From Eledone cirrhosa (taxonomy: Eukaryota): a stretch of 64,000 nucleotides of DNA. The first letter of the stretch is position 1; every line of letters starts with the position of its first letter. Positions 13,452 through 26,015 of the stretch are shown here, piece after piece. The position numbers and the translations under genes were made by a program. Location of the stretch: contig OZ024742.1 in assembly GCA_964016885.1 (NCBI GenBank), forward strand, positions 96,658,001-96,722,000, read 5' to 3'. A model generated the notes under the pieces. The model was not told the origin of the DNA and did not search any database. It saw nothing but the letters and a program-made list of their open reading frames with translations.

Positions 13452-13494
13452 GTAATCCTGATGATTTCTAACAAGAATGAAACGCGTAGATTAC
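13452..13494 (+). ncRNA. Type I hammerhead ribozyme (family A, unit 2)
   Basis: Identical to 13140-13182. Confidence 0.9.
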
Positions 13495-13763
13495 TTCCCT
13501 TGCTTTTATCGAGAATCTCAAATTGTAATACGTGACGTATTCTATTCTATAGCGATTGGGTCTTCAAAATGTTTATTATAAACATACAGAATATTTTCGA
13601 ATATTCTATGTTTGTCTTCACATATATATCGCTATTTCAGAGCATTAAATCCAAATTCTAATTTCTGCCGGACCGGCTACCGCTCTTTCAAACCAGTTCC
13701 TGTACACAGCTAAGTATTCTATAAGTCTCTAGCTGTATCGTTCTCGATAAAAGCATTGGATAT

Positions 13764-13806
13764 GTAATCCTGATGATTTCTAACAAGAATGAAACGCGTA
13801 GATTAC
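13764..13806 (+). ncRNA. Type I hammerhead ribozyme (family A, unit 3)
   Basis: Identical to 13140-13182. Confidence 0.9.
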
Positions 13807-13928
13807 TTCCCTTGCTTTTATCGAGAATCTCAAATTGTAATACGTGACGTATTCTATTCTATAGCGATTGGGTCTTCAAAATGTTTATTATAAACATACA
13901 GAATATTTTCGAATATTCTATGTTTGTC

Positions 13929-14070
<142 letters not shown>

Positions 14071-14281
14071 CCAAAGGTTAATTAGTCTCTAATACCCAAA
14101 CATTACAATGAAAGAAATCTCTCAGAAAAGCAATATTATATATTAAAATTAAATGAGAAACAAATCCTATTCTGGGAGTATAAAAAGTAGACAACAAATT
14201 ATTCTATCTAACTTCGCTTATATATAGATCTCCCTAACATGGTTTCGTATGGGGAAGAACTATTATTGGAACCACCAATAA

Positions 14282-14351
<70 letters not shown>

Positions 14352-14423
14352 CATGTACATATATATACTCACACACACACACACACACATATATATACAT
14401 ACGCACACATATATGTATACACA

Positions 14424-14521
<98 letters not shown>

Positions 14522-14803
14522 TGTGAGTGTGTATGTAGTGTGTACTGAATACCATGTGTATGAAATGAATTAATGTCTTGGTTATAGATCATTATAGATA
14601 CGATAAAGAATTGTAAGAAGTCAGGGGAGTCAGACTGACTAAATGGCAAGGCAACTAAACATAATAGGAGAATACTGACAGAATAACAAAATACCAGTGG
14701 GAATAGATTTGGCAGGAATTGTGCAAAATCAGAGAAGAATTCGACGTATATTCCAAATCTTGGATTCATAAGTAGTTTTCCACAAAGGCTTTGTCAATTA
14801 TTC

Positions 14804-14857
<54 letters not shown>

Positions 14858-14979
14858 CTTTGATAACTTTGATAGGTTTCGGCCGGTATTGGCCCAGGCC
14901 ATGTCTAACTTAATAGCAACACCTGGCGAAGTCTTACAAATCACTGTTTGGGCACCATGGTCCACTCGAGCAGAGAGTT

Positions 14980-17930
14980 ATTGTTTACGGAGGCATATCC
15001 GGGTTGTAGGAGGCTTATCCGGGATTTCTTGAAGGAATTTATCCAAAGATTTCTTGAACTTGATGGGGTCTGTCTCTGCTTTGATGTGTCTTGGTGTAAT
15101 GTTAAAGAGTGCAGGGCCAATTGAGGTGAAATAACTGTGCCGTATTTTTGTTATGTGATGCGAGTGAGATTTTTGTCGTGGGCGGATAGCACGGGACCCA
15201 AGCCATGGGTGTACACTAAAGGTGATGCCAACATCATTTGGGCAAAGCTATGGAATATTGTCCACATCATACAGATAATGTAGCGCTCACGGCGACGTTG
15301 GAGAGAATAAAGTTTGAGCTTTTCTAATCGACTCCAATAGTCAAGGCCTGTCATGCCATCTATCGCTTTTTGTAATTGACCCTTGGGGTGCTTCAACTTT
15401 CATAATTCTTTGTTTCGTGTGTGGTGACCACAGTGGACAACAGTATTCAAGGTGGGGTCGGGAAAAGGTGTAGAAGAGAAGGATAACAGTGTGGATATCT
15501 CTCGACTGGAAAGTTCTAAGAATCCAGGAACACATTCTGCGGCCCATATCAACTTTGCTGTTTATATGAGTAGCCCAGCTTATGTTGTTGTCCACAATTA
15601 CTCGCAGGTCTCTGATGTTATTGGATGCCACTAGAGTTTAACCCGAATGAAGAGAGTGTGGTAGTTTCAGGGCATCCTTTTTTCCAAAGTGGATTAATTC
15701 AAATGTACCCTCATTCAACGGCATATTATTCATTTCTGCCCATTGGATAACATCCAGTAGGTCTGACTGAAGGCAAGTCCGGTCATCCACCTTATTGATG
15801 ACCCTTTGGAGCTTGGAATCATCTGCGAATATTCTGATGTTGCTGTGCTTGAATATGTCAGTAATGTCATTAATGTAGATGATGAAAAGAAGTGGGCCCA
15901 ACACAGTGCCTTGTGGGACGCCACTGCTGACTGTGGCAGGGCTTGATTTTACCCCTTCGATTACAACATGCTGGGTTCTTCCTGTCAGGAAACATTTGAT
16001 CCACTGCAGTAACCTTCCAGAGACACCATCTTTGGATAGTTTTTTTCAGTAGAATCTTATGATCAACCCTGTCGAAGGCCTTGCTCAAGTCAAGATAGAC
16101 GACATCAGTGTTGGAGCCTTCTCCCAAGGCTCTCAAAACATTGTTAAAGTGATGCAGGAGCTGCGTTAGGTCGTCCCTTCCATTACGGAACCCATGTTGG
16201 TTGGAGTTCAGCAGGCCGTGGCTTTCAATAAAGTGGGTTATTTGTGATCTCACCACCCTCTCAAATACCTTGATAATATGAGAGGTGAGGAGATCGGACG
16301 GTAGTTCACTACAAGGGACTTATTTCCCTTTTTGACTGGGACAACGGACTGGGACAGAAAGTTTTCAGGAATATAGCCAGTATCCAGTGAGTTCCTCCAC
16401 ATATTAGCAAGAGGGGATGCAAGTTGGTGTCGACACACCTTCAGGACACAAGCAGGGAACCTGTCAGGGCCTACTGCTGAATTGTGTTTAATTTCATTTA
16501 TTGCCGCTAAGACATCAGGGGCGCCAAACGTTATGTCTGATATAGTGTGTTGGGGGTTAACATCACTGATACGGCCCAGATCGGCCATATCAGGATTGCT
16601 GGAAACAGAGCAGAATTGTTTCTGCAGTATCTCGCCCATGGTTTTGGCATTGTCCTGGAGTGTGCCATTTTCATCAACTAGGGGGCCAATAGTGAAGACG
16701 GTGACCTTGTGTTTTTTAGCAAATGAAAAGAACACTTTGGGGTTGAGTTTGATTTTCTCAATGGCCCACCTCTCTTCAGCTATTCTCTGGTTATTGATGA
16801 TGGTCATCATGCATTGCTGGAGGTTATACTTTTTTGACTCAAGCAGGGTGATAGCCATTGAATGTGTGTGTTGCTATTGGCAGTAATTTAGTGTGTTAAT
16901 TTTTTTGTTTGTTCTTTTTATTTTTTTATTATTTTTTTTCTGTGTTGGGGGATACTGCACTTAGTTTTGTTGACAGGTGTTGGTGGGGTGTGTTTTGTAC
17001 TTATATTTGTGACAGTGTCTACAAAGATCTGCCAAGATGTTTTGATGTTGGTGGAAGTGTGTGCGTGTGTAAAAGACCAGTCGACATGTGATACTTCGTT
17101 CATAATTGCATCCCAGTTGGCAGTGTAGAGATCCATGTTATCAAATGGGTGGGCTGGAGAGAGGACCCTGGGATTAGCTTTCGGCTGGTGGAATCTCAGG
17201 TTACAAAGAACCATGTCATGGTCTGAGAGAAGGGTTTTTTCCACTGTAATAATATGTATAGTGTTAGTGTGGTTACTTAACACTAGATCCAGAATGTTCT
17301 TCCGATGTCTCGTTGGTGCAAGGACAAGTTGGGACAAGAAAAACTCATTCATGAAGTCAAGAAGTGACTCGACAGCCTCTTTGTCAGTTGTTGTGATTGT
17401 GGAGCCTGGTTTCAAACTACATGTAGACTAATCGACACAGGATAGATTAAAGTCTCCCATCAAAAGTATGTTGCTAGAATGGCACTGTTTAATAAAGCAT
17501 TTAATACTGTTGAGGCATTCTTTGAAGCAGATTATGGGTGGTTGTGGTGGCCTATAGAGCCCGACTAATGTCAGGTCATTGGCTTTATTGTGCACAGTGA
17601 CTGATTCACAGTATCCATTAGAGAATGTTGTGTTGCCATTTGTCGTAAAGGAATCATACACGAAAATGGCAGTTCCACCCTTCCTTCTGCCAACACGATC
17701 CGCACGGATGGTTGTGAAATTTCTCACTCTTACTTCGGCCTCCAAGTGGGAGTTGTCAAGGTGGGTCTTAGTAAGAATGAAGAAGGGGATGTGAAATGGA
17801 TGGTTACCAACACAATCCTAAATGAATTGGATCTTCCATTTCTGTGCATTGATGGGTGGGCTGATACCTTATGTATTGAGTATGTGGAGGCTAGTGTGGT
17901 GGCTGGTTTTGACTGTTGCAGGGGGCTTGT
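14980..17930 (-). pseudogene. LINE ORF2 (APE endonuclease + reverse transcriptase), frameshifted
   Basis: LYRPP..LLMGDFNL, NILDLVL..SDHDMV, GPD..NYRPIS, QHGFR..YLDLSKAFDRVDH, LGPLLFIIYIND..FADD, RPHLEYCCPLWSP, LYSLQRRRERY. Confidence 0.93.
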
Positions 17931-17999
17931 TTTGTGATTGTGTGTTAGTGACAGCAAGCATGGTGTTGGGTGATAGCTAAAATGTTTTTCTCTATCTCT

Positions 18000-19115
18000 T
18001 TTGCCAGGTTCATGGCTAAAAAAGAAAGATTTTCTTTTTGCTCAGGGAGCAGTTTTTGATTGGATTTGTGGTTACATTGGATAGGTTTGCAGTTTTCTCT
18101 TTTGTTGTTGTTGTTGTATTTGTTGTAATTGTGTCTTTGTGAAAAGACTGGAGCAGCGTTATTTTTGTTGTTGTATTTGTTGTTGTTGTGATCGTGTCTT
18201 TGTGAAAAGACTACAGCAGCATTAATTTTATTGTTTTTGTTGTTGTAATCACGTCTGTGTGAGGAGACTGGAGCAGCATTACCGCAGCAGGGGTGGCTTT
18301 ATTGTGGTTTGTGGGTTGGCATGAAGCCCCTTTTCTGTTTGTGCGTTGTGTCCCAGGAAGATGAGTGAAGGGACAGTCAGTCAGCAGATATAGCCTCTCA
18401 CGTTGGGAATGTTGGCAGATTTTGGGACTGCGACCTATACGTGCGGGCAGTGTTACTGCGCCTAGTACCCGGTAAATGGGTAAATATACAATCGCTACGT
18501 GTGCATAGCCTCTGACGTAGTGAGTAGCGGCATATTTTGGGGTTTCTACTATGTGTAGTGGGGGGTGCATACAGCTCCATAGATCTTTTTTTTAAAAGTT
18601 CTTTTGACTATGGCATGGCTGTGGCGGTGATATGGGGGAAGAAAGCATTAGTGGTGATTATGATGATGACAACTGTGGGGGAGAGAGAGCAGTGGTCCAT
18701 TATTAGCAGTTGATGTGGCATAAGATGGTAACAGTGGTGATGGTGATGGCGATAGTGATGGCTGAGAGAGTGGCTGAATGATCATGTCATTCAGTAATTC
18801 GGCTATTATGCTTGAATTCAGTAGTGGTTTCTCCTGGCTTTCTGGCTGTTGTTGTTGTGGCTGTTGTTGTTGTTGTGGCTGTTGTTGTTGTTGTGGCTGT
18901 TGTTGTTGTTGTTGTTGTTGCTGTTGTGTTTGCCCATTGGAGTAAACATGTCGAAGTTTTTCAAAATGGTTTTGAATTTGTTTGAAAGAGACTTCTACAT
19001 GTTTTAGTTTGTTGTGTATCCGCTTAGCAGACCTCGCGGTAAATGTTTGGGCTGTTTTTTCAGCAATTTCATTCAGACATGACGCGTTAATATTTGTTGG
19101 GTCAGAGAAAAGCAT
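18000..19115 (-). pseudogene. LINE ORF1 remnant with polyQ and two CCCH-type fingers
   Basis: KICRYSLRQRLCTRSDCIFTHLPGT and KICQHSQRERLYLLTDCPFTHLPGT in adjacent frames; Q-rich tract at about 18845-18930. Confidence 0.65.
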
Positions 19116-19435
19116 GTGTTTATTAACAGGTCAATTTCATTTTCAGACCAATTTCGCCGTTGTGGGCTTTCTGGTCAGTAGTCTTATTTTTTTTTTTTTT
19201 AAACATGTGTGCGTTTTAAGATATTTGTTATTTGATACATGAGTGAGACTTTGGTTATTTGAAAAAATTTAAGAATCGTGTATATATATATATATATTCT
19301 CTCTCATGGATGTGAGTTTCGTTGTTTCAGGATGTTAATAGTTTTTGGTTATGTGGTTGTTTGAAGATATCCATATACATATATATATATATATTTATAT
19401 AAACATATATTTATATATATATATATATATATATA

Positions 19436-19520
19436 AACGAATGAGGTGTGGTAAGGAACCAGATGGAACATAACACACCAGAGTACTCAATACTTAGGGT
19501 AGCAGAGTGGCTAATGTTCC
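19436..19520 (-). mobile_element. Short 3' fragment of family C
   Basis: Similar to 19614-19695 (gtggtaaggaacca...agtactcaatacttagggtag). Confidence 0.75.
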
Positions 19521-19613
19521 ACTTATAAATACACACAGACATATATATGTGTGTATATATGTGTGTGTATAAATATATACATATGTTGTATATATATATA
19601 TATATATATATAT

Positions 19614-19804
19614 AACGAAGGAAATGTGGTAAGGAACCAAGTGGAAAATAACGCACCAAAGTACTCAATACTTAGGGTAGTCGAGTGGGTAATAGGAACG
19701 AGTAGGACGCCGACGGCTGAGCTCAAGCCGTTTCGACGGCTAATTCTGGACTCAGAATTAGCCGTCGAAACGGCTTGAGCTCAGCCGTCGGGGTCCTACT
19801 CGTT

Positions 19805-19809
<5 letters not shown>
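19614..19809 (-). mobile_element. Family C insertion with a 57-bp inverted arm
   Basis: Palindrome 19692-19748 / 19753-19809 containing the hammerhead 3' half GAAA cggc-ttgagctca-gccg TC. Confidence 0.85.
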
Positions 19810-19861
<52 letters not shown>

Positions 19862-19878
19862 AGATATATATATACACA

Positions 19879-19943
<65 letters not shown>

Positions 19944-20951
19944 TTAAACACATATATATATATATATATATATATATGTCTGTGTGTGTATTTATAAGTG
20001 GTCCATTATAGAATATGTCACTAACACCCTTACTATACATACCCACACCTGCGCACACATAAACACACACACCTATCCCGAAGCTATTTTTATTCGATAA
20101 GTTTCGTTCCATTATTATATATATATATGTGTGTGCGTGTGTGTGTGTGTATGTGTGTGTGAATGCATTCATAACAGAGCTCCCATTATTTCTGGAACTC
20201 TCCCAACCATATTTATTCCCATAAAACAACTGTTGGAGCAAATCGTTTCCTCTTGAAACCTAGGGTTCCTTTGAGTCTTAAAAGAATATAATGATTGATA
20301 ATAGCAAAAAAATATATATATTATATATTTAGACAATTTATAGAACCTATCACCCTCTTTCCTATTTCTCTCTACCTCAACTTCACAGCCACATTTATAT
20401 ACAGACAACACATAGAGCCAAACCTATCCATAAGCTCTCCCTCTTTACATTTTGCTTTCTTATCCTCTCTCTAGCTCACCCTCTGTCGCTTATTCATTCT
20501 TTCACTCTCACTCACGTCTTCTCTGTCTGTCTGTCTCTCTCTCTCTCCTCTCATATTTCCCTTGGTTTCTATAACTTTTGACCTAATATTTTCAAATTGC
20601 AATTAATAAATCAGAAACCATGAGACAAGCTGTCATTTTCGCATGATGCTTATAGTGAGGGGTAAGTGGTTGGTTGCATGTGTCTGTGTGTATATGTTCT
20701 TGCATATACATCTCAGTCTTTGTGAGTTTAAAGCTATATATGATTCTATGTACTTCAGTGGTAGGTGAGTGAACTCCTGTGGCAGGTGGTGGTAGACCAG
20801 ATATTATTGTAATTGTTGGCGGTGAAGTCTGTGACAGAGAGACGCTATGCTTAATATATTTTTGTTCTTGGTATGGTTATTTGATGTAAATGTGGTGCAC
20901 TATATATACATATATATATATACCCGCACACATATACACCTATATACATAC

Positions 20952-21047
<96 letters not shown>

Positions 21048-21097
21048 GTGCGTATGCTCTGTATGCATAGTTTCATATGTATGTGCATGTACCTCTG

Positions 21098-21134
<37 letters not shown>

Positions 21135-21476
21135 TTATATATATACATGTGTGTGTGTATACACGGACTTACATGTGTGTCTGTATCGTGTGTATTGTGC
21201 GTGTGCATGTGTGCGTGATGGGGAGATATCTTGAAATTGCATGAAATCAAGATTGTATTTTTGGTGAATGAGCTCTTCTGAGAAATCTTCTGATTATGAA
21301 TTACATCACAATAATATCATGACGGCTTTATAAATACATTTTTGCCTTTGTGCCATATTTTTGTGTTCAGGCACTTGAATATATATTATATTCTCTCTCA
21401 CTCTCTCGCTCTGTACCACAACAGGAATTGAATAATCAAAAGTTAGCGGTATGTCGCATATCCAATCTCTGATATT

Positions 21477-21535
21477 TTTTATCTGATGAAAACGTACTGA
21501 AACACAATTGTACCTTTGAAATATGTATAATAAAA
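21477..21535 (+). ncRNA. Type I hammerhead (family D, older copy)
   Basis: ttttat CTGATGA aaacgtac...gtaccttt GAAA tatgta TA ataaaa; homologous to 42158-42224. Confidence 0.7.
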
Positions 21536-21716
21536 TATATATTTTGGTTATGAGAATATTTAACATTTATTAATATTTTGAATAATATATTTATATATAT
21601 ATATATATTTATTTATATGTATATCTACATATATATATATTTATATATATATATATATTTATATGTATATTTACATATATATATATATTTATATATATAT
21701 ATTTATTTATATGTAT

Positions 21717-21816
<100 letters not shown>

Positions 21817-21864
21817 GAAAATATCATTATAGGTAATCTAATTTGAGGTTATGAATACTTCGTA

Positions 21865-22050
21865 GGTGGATTGGCAGTATCGGTAGAGGGTCGGACGCCA
21901 TGCTTTCCAGCATAGTTACGTCTCTTTACGATCTGAGTTCAAATCCCGCCGAGGTTGACTTTGCCTTTCATCCTTACGGGGTCGATAAAATAAAGTACCA
22001 GTAATGCACTGGGTAATTGCTGGCCTTGTGCCTAAAGTAGAAACAATTAT
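21865..22050 (+). mobile_element. SINE family 1 (reference copy)
   Basis: A-box TGGCAGTATCGG at 21872, B-box GTTCAAATC at 21937, conserved core, tail agtagaaacaattat. Confidence 0.92.
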
Positions 22051-22147
22051 GGATAGTTTCAGCGTACGGCGTTGTTTGACTCAACAAGGGGTTTACGAGG
22101 ATATTATTTCACTTGTATTTCTATGTAAGTTTATCTTGGAGTAATAC

Positions 22148-22361
22148 AATTGAAAAAGTGAATAATAACATGGTCAACAGTACAAAAAAGGCTTATATTT
22201 AGAGTCTGATAATTGTTTCACTGATTAAGTATTTAAAATTGAGTGGCACTGCTTCAAGTTTTCAGCAATCTTTAGACAACTTAATCAGTCAAACAATTGT
22301 CAGACTGTAAATAAAACCCTTTTTTGTACTATTGACCACGTTATTCTTCACTTCTTCAATT
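22148..22361. repeat. Imperfect ~85-bp inverted repeat (MITE-like or an old inverted insertion)
   Basis: aattgaaaaagtgaataataacatggtcaa... versus ...ttgaccacgttattcttcacttcttcaatt. Confidence 0.75.
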
Positions 22362-22430
22362 TTATATATATATATATATATATAAATTAATAAAAACAAT
22401 GAATAAAAACAAAGGACTTATATTAAAAAT

Positions 22431-22535
22431 TCATCATTTTACGATCGTTTCTAGGATATATATGTAAAAATATTACAAACTATCAAAGGAAATATATATA
22501 CCTTCACATATATATGCTCTCTTCAGAAATAATGA
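22431..22535 (-). ncRNA. Type I hammerhead with long stem II
   Basis: tcattattt CTGAAGA ...atatatatgtga/ttacatatatat... GAAA cgatcg TA aaatgatga; 9-bp stem I. Confidence 0.8.
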
Positions 22536-22771
22536 GATTTGTTTATTGAAAAAAACCAACAAAGATTTCATATAATAGGTCTGTTTGGGAACAGGTTTTG
22601 ACTTGACCAATAGAAAAGTAGTAAGAGGTCAAGTTGATAGAATAGTAGTAGTAGAAATTTAATTTAGGGGTTGAGAAATGCAGACTTATGTTTTGAATGG
22701 AAAGAATACTTTGAATGAAAGGAATACTTTGGGGATGAAAAGAGGTCAAGCCGGTGAAGAGTACAAGAAAA

Positions 22772-23090
22772 TTTGATGTTATTAAAGAATAATGTTAAAA
22801 ACGAAGGAGAGTAAAATTTCAGGGTAAAGGTATTAGTGAAAAATACGAATCTTATTTAAAACACAAGGAATTTAGATCTATAACAAGAAATTAAATTAAT
22901 TGATAGGTATAGTTATAGGGATAAATTTATATTAATTCATATGGATGTGATAAATAAGAATTGGATGTTATTAAAGAATGTTGTTAAAAACGAAGGAAAA
23001 TGACATTTTGGGATAAGTGTAGAAGTGAGAAATACCAATCTTATATAGTCTACAAGGAATCTAGATTCATAACAGAAAATTAAATTAATT
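22772..23090 (+). repeat. Diverged ~130-bp direct repeat, ~190-bp spacing
   Basis: gatgttattaaagaat...gttaaaaacgaagga...aaattaaattaatt occurs twice. Confidence 0.75.
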
Positions 23091-23549
23091 TATATGTATA
23101 CGTTTAGGTATTAATTTTAGGAAAAGAGAGCTGTAAGAGGGAAATTAAATTATGAAGTTCTCTGTAGTAAAGTACTAATTATAGGTTAACTAAATTAAAA
23201 AAAAATAATTATAATAATATGTAAAATAAAAGTGTAAGGTGTATATTAATTAGAATGATATTTCTTTCCTGGCAGGTGATGGGTGTGAGAGTTTTGGTAA
23301 AGTCCAAGGCGGCCGTAAGGAGCGGTAAGGTAATAGATGCATAGTAACTCTCTATGTCAAACTGGATGAATGTTGTGTCCCGTTTGTTCTCAATATTCCT
23401 GAACCGTGAGATTACTTCCTGGGTGCTGACCCATAGGCTAAGTCTCGCGTTTTGCTTAACTTTTGGTATAACTTCTCACTATCCAATTTTATGTTTTTAT
23501 ATATCTTTCTCTTATTTTTTTAATTATTTTTTTATTGTCTCCTAATCTC

Positions 23550-23905
23550 AATCTATTTCCTCCAGAAACCTTTTTTCGCCTACGTGCTCTGGCCTACTTT
23601 CATACACAATCCTTAGAATTTGTCGTATAGATTTCACTTTCAACGCTTGACCGGCTCCACCCACTCCCTCGTTGTCCTACAGGAAAGTTCAGCCACCCCT
23701 ACCTCCCACCCACTGCCATGATATACTTATTTATGTTTACAACAAATTTTGACCAATCCTCTTGACAACTACAATCTTCCCATATAAGGAAGTTCCCCTT
23801 GAAAAGTTCGTCTATTTATTTACCAGACTGAAGATTCTAATTTAGTCCAGAAGTAGCCGTCGAAACGGCTTGAGCTCTGCCGTCGGGGTCATACTTTTTC
23901 CTATA
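23550..23905 (+). mobile_element. Family C element with a hammerhead-like motif
   Basis: accaga CTGAAGA ttct...agaa..gtc GAAA cggc-ttgagctct-gccg TC ggggtc, ending ttcctatata; stem I weak. Confidence 0.65.
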
Positions 23906-23908
23906 TAT

Positions 23909-23941
<33 letters not shown>

Positions 23942-24193
23942 CATTGATGTAATTAATTTTCCTTCAAACTGAAATACATGAATAACATAAGGTTACTCTG
24001 ACCTATCTGGTCTCAGAGCTAGACAATCATTTAAACCTTTTACAGTGTGAAAAATAGACATAAAAAGATGTTGATTATGATGGTGTGTTGAAAGTAGGTA
24101 TATGGGTTACATTCGATCATATGGCATTAGTTCGATGTGTTTGTTTTGCGACTAAGGCAATTGATGTTCATAGTTTTATATATCTACATCTAC

Positions 24194-24259
<66 letters not shown>

Positions 24260-24274
24260 ATATACATATGTACG

Positions 24275-25042
24275 CAATGCAGATATTGGGTACACAAGAG
24301 ATGTAGTGGGATAGCAGGCAAACTAACAGGTAGGGTAAACTACGTATGCAGTAGATGTACAGGGAAAGTTGGCAGTGATAGACACATTTTTCCAATCCAG
24401 GTGGGTTCTATAGAACTGGCTGATAGCCTCCGGTACCTAGTTGATCAGATTAGCATGGGAGAGGGGTGTTCCGAGGCCATAGTATCTAGAATAAGGACGG
24501 GTTGGAAGAAGTTTAGGGAGCTGCTTCCTCGGTTGACAAAGAAGGGTGTCTCCCTGTGTACGAAAGGACGATTATATGATGCCTGTATGAGAGGTGCAAT
24601 GCTGCACTGTAGTGAGACATGGGCAGCAACCGCAGTGGTTATGCGACGGCTGGAGGGAAATGAAGCAAGTATGCTCCTTTGGATGTGCAATGTTAATCTC
24701 CGTGAATGACCAAGCATAGACGAGTTGAGTAAGAAACTGGGTATCAGAGGGATAAGTTATGGTGTGCAGGAAATAAGGCTGAGATGGTATGGACATGTGA
24801 TGCGCATGGAGGATGACCGTTGGGTAAAGAATTGCCAAGAAATCCCAGTAGAAGGAAGACACAGTAGAGGTAGACCACGAAAAACATGGGCGGATGTGGT
24901 GAGAGCAGACCTGAGATCGCTGAAACTCACGGAGGAGATGACGAAGTACCGTGACAAGTGGAGAGATTCTGTGCTGAATAGGACCCGTCAAACCCTTGCA
25001 AGCAAGGAAAAGCGGACGTAAAATAATGGTGATGATGATGAT
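24275..25042 (+). mobile_element. RTE-clade LINE, 5'-truncated 3' end
   Basis: CRYWVHKRC..CSRC, RIRTGWKKFRELLP, KGRLYDAC..SETW, RLRWYGHVMR, RGRPRKTW; (GAT)n tail. Confidence 0.92.
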
Positions 25043-25370
25043 ATATATACTTCGGCTGTCCTCTAGCCTACTGTTGCTGCTTCCGTCATAATAGGAGATT
25101 GCCTCTTTATTGGTCAGACGCAGCCCAGTACGGATGTTTCTACTGATCTCTTCTTTAGTTTTATCTATATGCCAGCATTATACTAACAGAAACGTTGATC
25201 CTATTGTGCACGCTCCAGCACTCTCTTTCCCTCTTTTCTTCTCTCTCCCATCTTCTCTGACTGTCCTTCCTTTCATATAAGTTTATACTTTGACTCGACC
25301 CCTTGCTATTCATCATAGCTATTTTCGTGTTTGGGATTTCTACAATTCTATGAAAAAAGAACACACTTTT

Positions 25371-25402
<32 letters not shown>

Positions 25403-25408
<6 letters not shown>

Positions 25409-25692
25409 AAGAATGAATAATAACAGGTAGACATCATAAAAAGGTAATTTATTCCGTGTGCTTACAAATGTTTCCACGGAAACATTTGTAGGCACACGGA
25501 ATAAATTACCTTTTTATGATGTCTACCTGTAATTATTCATTCTTTATATACACTCCGGAATACAGAAGGATCAGGAACTAAGTTTCTTCAATAATTCTTC
25601 CATAACTCGTAGAGTAACCTCTCACCGTACGTCAACCATATCCAGTGTAGTAATTAACCATTACTACATCTAGGATAATCCTATACCTAATA
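25403..25692 (+). mobile_element. (TA)n-flanked element with a 73-bp inverted arm and hammerhead 3' half
   Basis: Palindrome 25403-25475 / 25478-25550; the forward arm begins g GAAA catttg TA ggcac. Confidence 0.75.
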
Positions 25693-25724
<32 letters not shown>

Positions 25725-25906
25725 TAGTTAAGATTAAGGTTGTTTATAGAATGGTGATTGTTGCAATATATTTTTCAATATATCTTATTCATAGAAATTC
25801 GAAACTAAATTAACGATTTACTCAGAGAAGTTAGAAGAGTGTGGTTCATAATGTCGGTGAAAATGGTCTTGGTAACCCTTTCATAACTGTATTATTAATG
25901 AAATAA

Positions 25907-26015
25907 TCCCGCCGAGGTTAACTTTGCCTTTTATCCTTACGGGGTCGATAAAATAAAGTACCAGTGGTACACTGGAATAATTGCTGGCCTTGTGCCAAAA
26001 GTAGAAACAATTATT
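25907..26015 (+). mobile_element. SINE family 1, 5'-truncated
   Basis: TSD attattaatgaaataa at 25891 and 26010. Confidence 0.9.

Larger units (their letters stand above)
14856..19250 (-). mobile_element. Near full-length decayed CR1/L2-group LINE
   Basis: ORF1 remnant, APE, RT and C-terminal blocks in order; 3' tail (atcaaagtt)2 next to (TA)n. Confidence 0.9.

Noticed and set aside
21865-21950. tRNA gene
   Set aside because: A/B boxes belong to a multi-copy SINE head with core, tail and TSDs; no clean cloverleaf.
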